Shown in pieces: positions 29,350 through 40,694 of a stretch of 64,000 bases of DNA (within the stretch, counting starts at the first letter, position 1; each line of letters starts with the position of its first letter). A program made the position numbers and the translations under genes. The notes beneath the pieces were generated by a model. The model saw only the letters and a program-made list of their open reading frames with translations. It had not been told where the DNA came from and did not search any database. The DNA is from Gammaproteobacteria bacterium (lineage in GTDB: Bacteria; Pseudomonadota; Gammaproteobacteria; Eutrophobiales; Eutrophobiaceae). Location: positions 32,001 to 96,000 of the forward strand of contig OZ250183.1 of the NCBI GenBank assembly GCA_965238225.1, given 5' to 3'.

Positions 29350-32300
29350 ATGTCACAATACGCATTATTAGACTTAGCCTACGACCGAGAAACCTATCTT
29401 GATTTTTTAGCGAATAGATTCAATTTTCAAAAACTACTTAAACCCATTCCAATAGAAAATAACGAGGTTGAGCATTTCTATCAATTAGGCACAGTAACCA
29501 CTGACGATGACAAAAGCCTGCTAGTTTTTGAAATTGATATTAAACCCAATACCCAACTCGCCAGAAACCGTGTGCAACTGCGTGATATGGTTGCCAAACG
29601 AATCCAAAGAGAAGACGGGGCTTTAGCGGTTTATGTGGATGCAGAAAATGAACAATGGCGATTTAGTTTTATTGCTATTGAATATCGGCTTGACGAGAAC
29701 GGGGTTAAAGAAGATCAAACCGCCAGCAAACGCTTTACTTATCTTTTAGGCGAAGGTGCACAAACTAGAACTGCAAAAGCTAGATTTAAGGAAATTAGCA
29801 AACAATCTAGCCTAGTGGACTTAAAAACCGCTTTTGCCGTTGAGCCTTTAAGCAAAGAGTTTTATAACAAATTGTATCAATGGTATAAAGAAGCCCAAGA
29901 ACAAGTCGTTTTCCCTAATGACGCAAATGCACAAAATCACATCCAAACCAGTTTAATTTGCCTGCTCACTCGGCTTTTATTCGTTTGGTTTTTAAAAGAG
30001 AAAAATCTCATCAACAAAGATTTATTTGATTTAGAACAATTAAAAACTCTGATTGATTATGAAAAAGACAATAGTTTTTACAAAGCCATTCTGCAAAACC
30101 TATTTTTTGCTACCTTAAGCAAAGAAATTGATAAACGCGATTTTAGAAACAAAAGAACCTTTCAAGGAAAAAACAAGCATTATGGCGATCAATATCATTA
30201 CCGTTATCACGATTTGGTAAAAGATCAAGAAAAGTGGCAACAGTGTTTTAGTCAAACCCCGTTTTTAAACGGTGGATTATTTGAGTGTTTAGACAGAGAA
30301 GCGACAGAGAAAGATAAAACCATTCGCATAGAAGAAAAAATGATAAGGATGGATGGTTTTTCAGAACACAAACGCAATCCGCTGAAATTAGCAAATTTAC
30401 TATTTTTTAATAACGATAAAAATAAGTTAGGCTTGATTGATTTATTCAAGCAATACCAATTCACGGTAGAAGAATCCACCCCGATGGATATAGAAGTCGC
30501 CCTTGACCCAGAATTATTGGGCAAGGTATTTGAGAATCTGCTGGCAAGTTACAACCCAGAAACAGGCGGGCAAGCCCAAGCCACCGGCAGTTTTTACACA
30601 CCCCGCCCGATTGTTGAATATATGGTGGATGAAAGCCTGAAGCAATACTTCAAACAACACACGGATTTAGACGAAAGCCAAATAAACGACCTGTTTATCG
30701 AGGGTGAAAATACACTGAATGAAAAACAAATAAAAACCGTTATTAATGCCATTGATCAGTTAAAAATCTTAGACCCTGCGGTGGGGAGTGGGGCATACCC
30801 GATGGGTATCTTACAAAGGCTGGTGTTTATCTTAGACAAAATAGACCCAGATAATGCCCATTTTAAACAACAACAATTAGCTAAAACTAAGCAAATGGAT
30901 GAGATGAGTAAAAAGGCTTCTATTGATGCCATAGAACAAGTTTTCTCACAAGCCAACCAACACAATGCCTATGGCAAAAAACTATTTTTGATTGAAAACT
31001 GCATTTATGGCGTGGATATTCAAGCTATTGCCATTTTAATTGCTCAACTGCGTTTTTTTATCAGCCTGACCATTGAGCAAGACAATAACACCGATGCAGA
31101 AGATAATTTTGGTATTCAACCATTGCCAAACTTGGATTATCATTTTAAAGTTGGCAATTCTTTAATTGGCTTCCCCATCAATACTTCAACTGGCTTACCC
31201 ATCGATTACTCCTCTAATAAGAAACTGAAAAATTTATTAGCTGAAATCAAGCCACTCAAACATCAGTTTTTCTCAGAAAACGACCACCGCAAAAAAGACA
31301 AACTCAGAAAAGAAATAAACAGCAAAATAAAACAATGCTATCAAGAGATGGAGAAAGGTATTAGTTATTCAGTTGATTTTGATTTTAAAATTGATTTTAG
31401 TGAGATTTTTGATAATAAAAACAATACAGACGGCTTTGATATTGTAATAGGCAACCCGCCTTATATCAGGCAAGAATCTATCAAAGAATTTAAGCCACAA
31501 TTCAAAAAAATACGTTATAACATTTTTACTGGCACAGCTGATATTTACACTTACTTTTATGAAAAAGGATTTAATTTATTGAGTGAAAGCGGGCATTTAT
31601 GCTACATCACCTCTAATAAATGGATGCGAGCAAAGTATGGCGAAAAACTGCGCGGTTTTTTCAAACACCAAACCCAATTAAAACAAATTATTGACTTTGA
31701 AGGCGAGACAAATTTTTGAAAATGCCACCGTTGATACCAATATTTTACTTTGTGGTAAGTGGCAAAATAGCAAAATAGATAAAAAAACAGATTTTAATTA
31801 TCAAAAACAACTACCCAACAAACAAAACCCATTATTTACCATGGCAATTAGTGATTTATCAGACAATGCCTATACCTTAGCACCACCAAATATTTTAGCC
31901 CTAAAAAAGAAAATTGAAGCAATCGGCACAGCCCTTAAAGACTGGGATATAAATATAAATTATGGAATAAAAACAGGCTTTAATGAAGCCTTTATTATTG
32001 ATAGTGCCAAGCGAGACGAGCTAATAAAAGCCGACGCAAAAAATGCCGAAATTATCAAACCGATTTTACGCGGTAGGGATATTAAGGCGTATGAGCATCA
32101 TTGGGCGGGATTGTGGATTATTGCTAAGTTTTAACAATAAACATCAACAATTATCCAGCCTGTAAAAAATATTAACTTTTGATGAGCGTTTAAAACCCCG
32201 CTACTAAGATGGCACAAATTCAGAGCAGGTAATAATTATCCAAGACCAAATAGGCTATCAAAGACGCCAAGACAAAGATTGTATTACGCCTTATAATTTA

Positions 32301-32736
32301 AGAAAATTGTGCGTATTTAAAGTTTGAAAAGGAAAAGATTGTTTATAATGATATTACTAGAAAACTCTCATTTTCATTGTCTAAAACTGAGCAATATTTT
32401 AATATGATACAGTTTATTTTATCACGCAATAAACCCTAATTTATATTTTCAATTAGCCATTCTAAATTCAAGTTTAATTAATTGGTATTATAAGAAATTT
32501 CTGCTCAATTAGGAGCAGGAACAGTAAGGATGTTTTGCGTTTATGTAGAACAACTCCCCATCCCCAAAATCCCAAAACCAAAGCAAAAGCCTTTCATTGA
32601 CTTGGTAGATAAAATCCTAGCTGCCAAACAACAAGCCAAAAATACCACCGCCCTAGAAGCCAAAATTGATAAGATGGTTTATAAACTTTATGAGTTAAGT
32701 AATGATGAAATAGCAATTATTGAGAATATAAAATGA
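29350..32736 (+). pseudogene. Type IIG/Eco57I-like N6-adenine methyltransferase-specificity protein with frameshifted C-terminus
   Basis: FLNGGLF, DPELLGKVFE, GSFYTP, DPAVGSGAY, IGNPPY in 29350..31719; continues in 31691..32134 (GIKTGFNEAF, PILRGRDI), then fragments, then 32530..32736 (QLPIP...IDKMVYKLYEL). Confidence 0.9.
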
Positions 32737-32787
32737 ATGTTGAAATAAAATGATAGACAGTGATACAGATTTATTTTACATGTTTGA

Positions 32788-33879
32788 TTAAACATTAAAG
32801 CGAAAGTGCATAATATCGCCATCTTGCACGATATATTCCTTACCTTCCAAGCGCCATTTCCCGGCATCCTTTGCGCCTTGCTCACCTTGATATTCAATGA
32901 AATCATCATAGGCGATTACTTCTGCGCGTATAAAGCCTTTTTCAAAGTCAGTATGTATGACTGACGCTGCACGCGGGGCAGAATCGTCTTGACGTAAAGT
33001 CCATGCACGAACTTCCTTCACGCCTGCTGTGAAATAAGTATGTAAGTTCAATAAGGAAAATCCCGCGCGAATGATTCTATTTAGCCCTGGCTCTAAAAGA
33101 TCGATCTCCTGCAAAAACTCCAGCCTTGATTCATCATCAAGTTCTGCAATATCAGATTCTATTGCAGCACAAATAGAGATCACTCCAGCACCTTCTTCTT
33201 GTGCAAGAGTTCTGAGTTTTGCTAACCAGCGGTTGCTGCTAATGCCTTCTTCTTCAACATTAGCAATATAAAGTGTTGGCTTTTGCGTCAGTAAGTGCAG
33301 TGGGTATAAGTCTTCTGTATCTTGCTCTTCTGTGTCCATTGAGCGTAATGGATTTCCTTTATCCAGATGGGCAATAGCTTTTTCAAAAAGTGCTTCTTGT
33401 CTGCGTGCATCCTTGTCCCCGCTTTTAACAGTCTTGCTTACCTTTTGTAAGGCGCGTTCAAGACTTTCTTGATCTGCTAAACATAATTCTGTGTTTATTA
33501 TCTCAATATCAGCCAGTGGATCAATCTTGCCCGAGACATGCACGACATTATTATCATCAAAACAACGCACTACATGGGCAATAGCGTGTGTTTCACGAAT
33601 ATTTGCCAGAAATTTATTACCCAAACCTTCGCCTTTTGAGGCACCCGCAACCAATCCGGCGATGTCAACAAACTCCACTGTTGCTGGTAAAATTCTCTGT
33701 GGGGAAACAATTCTTGCCAAGTGATTCAGTCGCGCATCAGGTACAGGCACAACGCCCACATTCGGATCAATGGTGCAGAAAGGATAATTTTCGGCACTGA
33801 TGGCGGAATTTGTCAAGGCATTGAATAAGGTTGATTTACCTACATTTGGAAGACCAACGATACCGCATTTAAAACCCAT
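32788..33879 (-). CDS. ychF: Redox-regulated ATPase YchF
   Basis: [40 protein letters not shown]. Confidence 0.97.
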   Translation of the reverse strand: MGFKCGIVGLPNVGKSTLFNALTNSAISAENYPFCTIDPNVGVVPVPDARLNHLARIVSPQRILPATVEFVDIAGLVAGASKGEGLGNKFLANIRETHAIAHVVRCFDDNNVVHVSGKIDPLADIEIINTELCLADQESLERALQKVSKTVKSGDKDARRQEALFEKAIAHLDKGNPLRSMDTEEQDTEDLYPLHLLTQKPTLYIANVEEEGISSNRWLAKLRTLAQEEGAGVISICAAIESDIAELDDESRLEFLQEIDLLEPGLNRIIRAGFSLLNLHTYFTAGVKEVRAWTLRQDDSAPRAASVIHTDFEKGFIRAEVIAYDDFIEYQGEQGAKDAGKWRLEGKEYIVQDGDIMHFRFNV

Positions 33880-33893
33880 AAAATTTGTCTGCT

Positions 33894-34490
33894 TTAATCT
33901 TCGTTAAGAGTGCTTTTCTGATGCAACACATTCATTGCCTTTTGTTCATCACCTGTGAATATCAATGGCATAATATCTACCGAGTCCTTAATCGCGATTT
34001 CAATTAGCTGATGATCTTCCTTGTTTGGCTTGCTCAAAACATAGGGTGTCACCCTATCCTGACTCCCTGGATGACCAATGCCTAATCGCAATCGTGTAAA
34101 AGATTTATCGCCCATCTGCGCGATGATATCTCGCAGACCATTATGACCCCCATGACCCCCAGCCTTTTTTAAACGCACAACCCCGGGGTCAAGATCAAGC
34201 TCATCATGCGCTACCAGTATCTCTTCAACAGAAATTTTATAAAAACTGGCCATTGCCTGAACTGAAAAACCGCTTCTGTTCATGAATGTCATGGGCTTAC
34301 ACAGCCAGCAGTCGATTTCTGCCGTCTGTATGCGGCAAATCTCAGCGTTGAACTTAGATTCAGGTCTAAATGAAAGGGAATATTCTGCAACAAGACAATC
34401 AACAAACCAAAACCCAGCATTGTGCCGAGCTAAAGCATGCTCAGTACCCGGATTACCGAGGCCAACAATTAACTTAAATGTTGGTGGCAC
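33894..34490 (-). CDS. pth: Peptidyl-tRNA hydrolase
   Basis: VGLGNPG, RHNAGF, HDELDL, GGHNGL, RLRLGIG. Confidence 0.97.
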   Translation of the reverse strand: MPPTFKLIVGLGNPGTEHALARHNAGFWFVDCLVAEYSLSFRPESKFNAEICRIQTAEIDCWLCKPMTFMNRSGFSVQAMASFYKISVEEILVAHDELDLDPGVVRLKKAGGHGGHNGLRDIIAQMGDKSFTRLRLGIGHPGSQDRVTPYVLSKPNKEDHQLIEIAIKDSVDIMPLIFTGDEQKAMNVLHQKSTLNED

Positions 34491-34532
34491 TGTGTGCTCT
34501 TAAAAAAGATGATTTCTCATATAAAGGATCAC

Positions 34533-35207
34533 TTATTCGCCTGCATCTGCGTCTTTATCAGCATCTGTGACTTCTTCTGCTTCTGCTTCTGCCTCAGAAA
34601 CATCTTCATCTTCATCTTCGTCTTCTGCAACCACCTTAGGCATATGGACAGTTGCGACTATTTGCGCCGTATCACCACCGTGTAATAAAGCGGCAATTTC
34701 AGCACCTTCCGGCAAACTAAGATCAGCAAGGCGGATGCCTTCACCAATATTAACCTCGGCCAAATCAACTTCAATGTACTCAGGTAGATGTTTAGGCAGG
34801 CAGGCAATCTCCAGATCAGACATGACATGACTGACCACACCGCCTTGCTTAACGCCAACAGATTTATCCTCATTGATAAAATGCAATGGTACGCGCATGG
34901 TTAACTTCTCTTTTGCATCAATACGTAATAAATCAAGATGAAGTATCGCAGACTTATATGTGTGACGTTGTAAATCCTTCAGAACGACTTTCTCTTTCTC
35001 CTTACCAATCTGCAATGTCAGGATATGTGAATAAAAAGCCTCATTCTCAAGATGATGAGAGATATCGTCATGATCCATCATGATTGATGCGGCATCTTTC
35101 GCACCACCGTAAACAACTCCAAGGACTTTGCCTTCGCGACGCAGGCGGCGGCTCGCACCTTTACCCATGTCCTCGCGAGGTTCGGCAATTATTTCAAACG
35201 TTTCCAT
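34533..35207 (-). CDS. rplY: 50S ribosomal protein L25/Ctc (start ATG 35207, after AGGAG)
   Basis: GKGASRRLRR, QRH..ILHLD, LPEYIEVD, acidic tail. Confidence 0.95.
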   Translation of the reverse strand: METFEIIAEPREDMGKGASRRLRREGKVLGVVYGGAKDAASIMMDHDDISHHLENEAFYSHILTLQIGKEKEKVVLKDLQRHTYKSAILHLDLLRIDAKEKLTMRVPLHFINEDKSVGVKQGGVVSHVMSDLEIACLPKHLPEYIEVDLAEVNIGEGIRLADLSLPEGAEIAALLHGGDTAQIVATVHMPKVVAEDEDEDEDVSEAEAEAEEVTDADKDADAGE

Positions 35208-35240
35208 TACACTGCTCCTGCTATTTTTAATGAATGACAA

Positions 35241-35265
35241 GCCATATTTTGCGACCAAATATGGC
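35241..35265 (-). ncRNA. rplY (L25) leader hairpin
   Basis: GCCATATTT-GGTCGCA-AAATATGGC; a GGUCGC-loop hairpin typifies gammaproteobacterial rplY leaders; full leader extent not determined. Confidence 0.65.
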
Positions 35266-35465
35266 GTAAATGCTCGCTAAAAGCCGATAGGCTATTTAGC
35301 CTCAACACGAAAAGCCTGAAAATCCATAATAAATGATACTTAGGCTTCGCGGACAGCGCAGTATATAGAGAAGCCAGTGATATTCAATATTGACAAGGGG
35401 CTACAGTATCTGGCGACCTGAAGAATTACTGGCTTTGAGTATTTACCAAGCGCCTTAAAGAGGGC

Positions 35466-36419
35466 TTAGTCTACAAACATACTGCTCAGTGATTCGCTTT
35501 CGCTGATGCGACGTACACTCTCAGCAAGCATGGTCGCAACACTGAGCTGGCGAATTCTGTCACAGGTAACGGCTTCCGCTCTTAAAGGAATCGTGTTCGT
35601 TACCACAAGTTCGTCTAATTCGGAATTCTCGATATTCTTGACTGCATTTCCAGAAAGCACTGGGTGTGTACAGTAAGCAACTACTTTACTGGCACCATGT
35701 TCTTTAAGTGCCTGCGCCGCAGTACACAAGGTTCCTGCAGTATCCACCAAGTCATCAATAATGACACATTCACGACCGTCTACATCACCAATAATGTTCA
35801 TCACCTCAGATTCATTGGGATTCGGACGTCTTTTATCAATAATTGCCAAATCAGTATCATCCAGACGTTTTGCCAAGGCACGTGCACGAACTACACCACC
35901 AACATCAGGTGAAACAACCATCAAGTTCGGGTATTTATGTTTCCAAACATCTCCAAGCAGAATAGGTGATGCGTAAACATTGTCGAGCGCTATATCAAAA
36001 AAACCCTGAATCTGATCGGCATGTAAATCAACAGTCAACACTCGATCTATTTTGACTGAGGCAATCATGTTAGCAACTACCTTTGCAGTGATTGGGACTC
36101 GAGCAGAGCGACTTCTACGATCTTGCCGTGTATAGCCCATATAAGGGATCACTGCTGTAATACGCGTTGCAGATGCACGATGCACGGCATCAGCCATGAC
36201 CATTAGTTCCATTAAGTTGTCATTGGTTGGTGTGCAAATTGACTGTATGAGATAAACATCTGCGCCACGTATATTAGCCTTAATCTCAACCATCACCTCG
36301 CCATCACTAAAACGTCCAACATTTATCTTGCCAAGTGGTAAAGTCAAATGCGCAGCAATATCTACCGCTAGCTTGGGGCAGGCATTACCTGCAAACGCTA
36401 TTATATTTGATAAAGTCAT
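35466..36419 (-). CDS. prs: Ribose-phosphate pyrophosphokinase
   Basis: [40 protein letters not shown]. Confidence 0.97.
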   Translation of the reverse strand: MTLSNIIAFAGNACPKLAVDIAAHLTLPLGKINVGRFSDGEVMVEIKANIRGADVYLIQSICTPTNDNLMELMVMADAVHRASATRITAVIPYMGYTRQDRRSRSARVPITAKVVANMIASVKIDRVLTVDLHADQIQGFFDIALDNVYASPILLGDVWKHKYPNLMVVSPDVGGVVRARALAKRLDDTDLAIIDKRRPNPNESEVMNIIGDVDGRECVIIDDLVDTAGTLCTAAQALKEHGASKVVAYCTHPVLSGNAVKNIENSELDELVVTNTIPLRAEAVTCDRIRQLSVATMLAESVRRISESESLSSMFVD

Positions 36420-36628
36420 AACAAGCTCTGGCAGTGGTTAGAGACCAAGGGATTATATACCTAAAATCTGAAAAACATTGGCAATTCTTTAAAAGTCTTA
36501 ATGGACATAAAATATTTGGTGTAATTTAATTTGCGCCGATATTGCTCCCTATAATGACTCGTAAACATAGCCTTATGTGCAAATTCAGATCTTTACAAAA
36601 CTATAATTTTTTACTGTTACAGGTCAAT

Positions 36629-36907
36629 TTATATGCGCTGTACATGTGCCCAATACGATTCACCAATAATAATTTGTTCAGCATGCGGTTTTCCATCTTT
36701 TTCTATTGAAGGCAGAACCATAAGTATCTCTAACTGGAATAGCAGAATCAATTTTATATCTATAAAAGCCACAATCGTTACTTGCAGTTGTGATAAAAGT
36801 TTTGCTAATTGGAATTAATTCCAATTCATCAGCATACTGTTGGGAAATACAGATATTAGATACACCTGTGTCAAAATCAAAAGAAGTAAAACTAAATATA
36901 TTCTCAT
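36629..36907 (-). pseudogene. Relic of a small exported protein gene, frameshifted at least twice
   Basis: MRIYLVLLLLILTQVYLISVFP signal-like start, then YADELELIPISKTF...SAIPVRDTY and MVLPSIEKDGKPHAEQIIIGESYWAHVQRI in other frames. Confidence 0.4.
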
Positions 36908-37026
36908 TTTGATCACATCTTTCTTAATCAAGATTTCAAATATCGCCAATGACGTACAATACACCACCTATACTGGGATTTTGAGCGTCTACCGCAAAAA
37001 AGGGGGGGAGTTTAAAGGAAAAGTAA

Positions 37027-37102
37027 TGGCTGGGGTGCCAGGATTCGAACCTGGGAATGCTGGGATCAAAACCCAGTGCCTTAACCGCTTGGCCACACCC
37101 CA
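37027..37102 (-). tRNA. tRNA-Gln(TTG)
   Basis: TGGGGTG...CACCCCA acceptor stem, anticodon loop TTTTGAT, TTCGAAT T-loop, encoded CCA; usual ispE-tRNA-Gln-prs position. Confidence 0.97.
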
Positions 37103-37172
37103 AAAACTGCCGTTTTGTCCACACATCTCTAACGGACAATGATTATTCTATATTTTTTGCGCCATAGTTTTC

Positions 37173-38039
37173 TTATTTTAAGTTTTCTTGTTTTAGTTTT
37201 TCTTGTTTTAGGCGAGCTTGTAGTGGTGAATTATTTAAACCTTTTGCCACAAACCCTTGCCAGCCTTGGGGTAATTTATCATAAACAAATTCTGCCTGTT
37301 GCTGCTTATCAAATCCAGCAAAAACACAGGCACCCGTTCCAGTCATTCTGGCAACTGAAAATTTACCCAGCCAATCAAGCGCTGTCGCCACTTGTGAGTA
37401 TAAATTCCTCACCACAGATTCACAATCATTGTGCCCACCATTCTCCATGAAGTCGCGTATCTTGATGGCAGGGGTGTCACGTGTCAATTCGGGTGAATTA
37501 AATATTTTCCTAGTCGATACAACACAATCCGGCCGCAAAACAAGATACCAAAATTCACGAAGGTGGATAGCTTGTAATTGCTCACCAACACCTTGTGCCC
37601 AAGCTGCGTTACCGCGCACAAAAACGGGCACATCAGCACCCAGTTGTAAACTTACCTTTGCCAATTTATCAACAGAAAATTCAAGACCCCAAAGATGATT
37701 CAATGCTACCAACGTTGTTGCCGCATCCGAGCTTCCTCCGCCGAGCCCCCCTCCTACAGGCAATTTTTTTTGCAGTGTGATATCTACACCTAAGTTACAC
37801 GATGCTGTTTTTTGCAATGCCTTCGCTGCGAGAACAGTCAAATTGTCCGCTTCAAAAACACCGTGCCAATCAGATTGACAGGAAATCACAGCATCGTCTC
37901 TTATACTAAAATCTAGTAAATCACTAAAATCTATAAATTGAAAAACAGTTTGTAATAGATGATAGCCATCCTGACGCTGGCCTGTGATATGCAGCATCAA
38001 ATTGAGCTTGGCGGGGGCAGGCCAATGACGACTAATCAT
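37173..38039 (-). CDS. ispE: 4-diphosphocytidyl-2-C-methyl-D-erythritol kinase (start likely 38039, ATGA overlap with lolB)
   Basis: PAPAKLNL, GGGLGGGSSDAA, GADVP, MTGTGAC. Confidence 0.96.
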   Translation of the reverse strand: MISRHWPAPAKLNLMLHITGQRQDGYHLLQTVFQFIDFSDLLDFSIRDDAVISCQSDWHGVFEADNLTVLAAKALQKTASCNLGVDITLQKKLPVGGGLGGGSSDAATTLVALNHLWGLEFSVDKLAKVSLQLGADVPVFVRGNAAWAQGVGEQLQAIHLREFWYLVLRPDCVVSTRKIFNSPELTRDTPAIKIRDFMENGGHNDCESVVRNLYSQVATALDWLGKFSVARMTGTGACVFAGFDKQQQAEFVYDKLPQGWQGFVAKGLNNSPLQARLKQEKLKQENLK

Positions 38040-38626
38040 GAGTTTATATCCCAAGCCTGTATGATTAATTTTAATTTAAAGTGATCGTTATGTATAAATA
38101 TCTTGGCTGGCAAGTAAATGCCGCCTACATCCATATAACGTTTAATCATAATATTCCAACCTGCTTGCTGCATTTTTGTAATCCGACCCTCCTTATCGAA
38201 TCGCTGATTTATTACATCCACTCCGGGTTCTTGCAAGCCACGCACCCAGTACCTAAAACTACTTACGGGAATATGCCACCCTACAGATTGCATCAGTAAA
38301 GTCTCGGCATCTTTTGCATGTAACATTTTATTTTTCGCAGTTAGAAAGTACACACCATTGACCCCATTGTTTCCCAGCATATAAGTCCCTTGCCCTAGTG
38401 GTGCAATAAAACGCATCAAATAACGTTCATGGTTTTGCGACCAGTAAAATGTCAACATCCCACTTTCTTTTTTGCTGACAAGAGAGAGTCGACCATTTAA
38501 ATTCCAGCTTTGAATTTTTTCTCGTTGATTTTGCAGATCAAGATTTATCCCTCTGTCAGGGCGCAAAGGAACCTTAGAGCAAGCAACAAAGAATGCCAGT
38601 AAGATTAGAAGATAGGCTTTTTTCAC
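38036..38626 (-). CDS. lolB: Outer-membrane lipoprotein LolB
   Basis: Lipobox FVAC, APLGQG, GWHIPV..YWVRG, LPAKI; synteny. Confidence 0.92.
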   Translation of the reverse strand: MKKAYLLILLAFFVACSKVPLRPDRGINLDLQNQREKIQSWNLNGRLSLVSKKESGMLTFYWSQNHERYLMRFIAPLGQGTYMLGNNGVNGVYFLTAKNKMLHAKDAETLLMQSVGWHIPVSSFRYWVRGLQEPGVDVINQRFDKEGRITKMQQAGWNIMIKRYMDVGGIYLPAKIFIHNDHFKLKLIIQAWDINS

Positions 38627-40443
38627 GGATTAAAGCGATTTATAACATTGTGCAATTTGTCATCATCAGGGGCTTCTTGCAAAGCAGTATCCCATATCTC
38701 CTGTGCAGTTTTCTTATCACCTTTAACCCAAAGCACTTCTCCTAGATGCGCTGCAATTTCCGAGTCGCTCTTTTTAGCAAGTGCTTTTTCAAGAAAAATA
38801 ATGGCTTCATCCAAACGACCTTGTCTGTATAAAATCCATCCCATGCTATCGAGTATATAATGGTCATCTGGACTAATCTCTAAGGCAGATTTTATTAATT
38901 CGTACGCTTCCCCGTAACGATCTGTCCTGTCTGAAAGTGTATATCCTAAAGCATTTAAAGCTTGCGAATTCTTAGCATCCTTTTCAATAATCGCACGCAG
39001 ATCTCTTTCCAATATATCCAAACGATCCATCTTTTCTGCCAGCATAGCTCTTGAATAAAGAAAATCTTGATCATATTTGTTCTGTAATGCCTTATCGTAG
39101 ATATTCATAGCCTCTTGATAAAGTTTTACATCAATCAACATCTCCGCCTCAACTTCTATCAGGATATTTTTCTCCTCACTATTGCGCGTGTTAGTCTCGT
39201 GTAGATGTGTCCGTGCCTCTTCAATTTTTCCTTGCTTGCCTAACAATACGCCTATGCGAATTTGTGCATTAAAATAATTATTACCGCCAGAGACAGCCTG
39301 ATACCAGTCGCCAGCTTTTTTCAAATCATCCTGTTCTTCAGCAATTCTTCCCAAATAATAACTTGCGTTATCACCATAGCCTTCGATTTCTGATAGTCTG
39401 ATGAAATAATTTTCAGCATCATCCATGTTGTTCGTGTACATACACAGCAAACCCAACGCAAGTAATACATCTGGATCAGCAGGATTTTGTACAGCGAGTA
39501 TTTCAAATTGCTGTTTTGCCTCGTCATAACGTTTAAGATCAGACAGGATACGCGCATAAAAGATGCGCAGATTAAAATTATCTTTGTTCTTCTTTAGTGT
39601 ATCTTCTAACCACGCCGCAGCCTCAGCTTCCCAACCCATTTTATTTAATACCGCTATATAGGTCATTGCGACATTGTTATCTTCTGGTGTTAGTACCAAT
39701 ACCTGCTCAAGGACTTCACGCGCCTTGGGTAATTCAGCCAGCCGAGTCAATATTTGCGCATAAGCGAACAATACTTCAGGGTTACTTTGATGAGCTTTCA
39801 TCAAATCTTCCAGTATTGACTTTGCCTGAACCTTGTCTTTTTCTCTGCCAAGGAGATTAGCAACCATCCATAATTTCTGACTCAGGTTTTTTTTGCGCTT
39901 ATCTGATTTGAGAATAATCTCGAAATGCTCCAATGCCTTCTCTGTATTACCTTCTCTTACTGCCAGCACAGCCAGAATCTGGTGAGCCTCTAAGTTTCCG
40001 GGATCTATCTCGTTCCACAAATGAGCCGTTTCTTTTGCCGCAACATCATTGCGCGCATAAATAGCAATCCGCGTTGCTCTGCTGACAAACAGTGGATCGC
40101 GGGTTATTCGCGCCAGATACAGATAATTTTCAACTGCAATATCAAGCTGATTTCTTTGTCCGGCAATCTCTGCCAACAAGAACCTAAAAAGAATATCTTC
40201 GGTTAATTCTATTTTTGGGCGAGATGGCGCTAATTCCCCTGCTGTTTCTTGCTTGGCATTTTGTACCTGCACGGGCTGGCTTGTATCATCTGCCATTTCT
40301 GCTAGCGTATGAGCAGACTGCTGCAAAGGCACGGCACAAGCACCGGTAAATAGCACTGCAATGGCAGCTAAGTGCGTGCGTGCGGACTTTATTTTGATAT
40401 CATTTATTGCCATAAATAAGCTGTGCTGTTTAATTCTAATCAT
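38623..40443 (-). CDS. TPR-repeat lipoprotein (PA4667/LbcA-like)
   Basis: LLAEIAGQR, ALNALGYTL, ILDSMGW, EIAAHLGEVLW; lies between hemA and lolB. Confidence 0.88.
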   Translation of the reverse strand: MIRIKQHSLFMAINDIKIKSARTHLAAIAVLFTGACAVPLQQSAHTLAEMADDTSQPVQVQNAKQETAGELAPSRPKIELTEDILFRFLLAEIAGQRNQLDIAVENYLYLARITRDPLFVSRATRIAIYARNDVAAKETAHLWNEIDPGNLEAHQILAVLAVREGNTEKALEHFEIILKSDKRKKNLSQKLWMVANLLGREKDKVQAKSILEDLMKAHQSNPEVLFAYAQILTRLAELPKAREVLEQVLVLTPEDNNVAMTYIAVLNKMGWEAEAAAWLEDTLKKNKDNFNLRIFYARILSDLKRYDEAKQQFEILAVQNPADPDVLLALGLLCMYTNNMDDAENYFIRLSEIEGYGDNASYYLGRIAEEQDDLKKAGDWYQAVSGGNNYFNAQIRIGVLLGKQGKIEEARTHLHETNTRNSEEKNILIEVEAEMLIDVKLYQEAMNIYDKALQNKYDQDFLYSRAMLAEKMDRLDILERDLRAIIEKDAKNSQALNALGYTLSDRTDRYGEAYELIKSALEISPDDHYILDSMGWILYRQGRLDEAIIFLEKALAKKSDSEIAAHLGEVLWVKGDKKTAQEIWDTALQEAPDDDKLHNVINRFNP

Positions 40444-40694
40444 TCAACTCTAACCATAATATTTATAAGAAGCGTCTAACAGGAGGCTTTACATTGTGCG
40501 CAAATGTTCCTTAGCATTCACTAAATACACATATGATTTGCATAATATTTTCGTCATTATGCCCTGATTTTCAATCCTAGCAACAAACATGCTAATGAAT
40601 ACTAAGGTCTTAATACAAGCCTTTTTTCCTTGTTTTCCGCGACTTCATCGCTCAGAATTAACAGTCTGTGTATTAGCAGCATTTATATAAATAT

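Noticed and set aside
25932-32787. Mobile element or prophage carrying the RM-like pair
   Set aside because: I see no integrase, transposase or flanking direct repeats, so it is reported only as an inserted locus.
35208-35258. N-terminal extension of L25 given in the ORF track
   Set aside because: The region is the leader hairpin and SD sequence; ATG 35207 fits homologs.
36840-37450. ORFs 36840..37142, 36936..37139 and 37139..37450
   Set aside because: They overlap tRNA-Gln or lie antisense to ispE and have no protein motifs.
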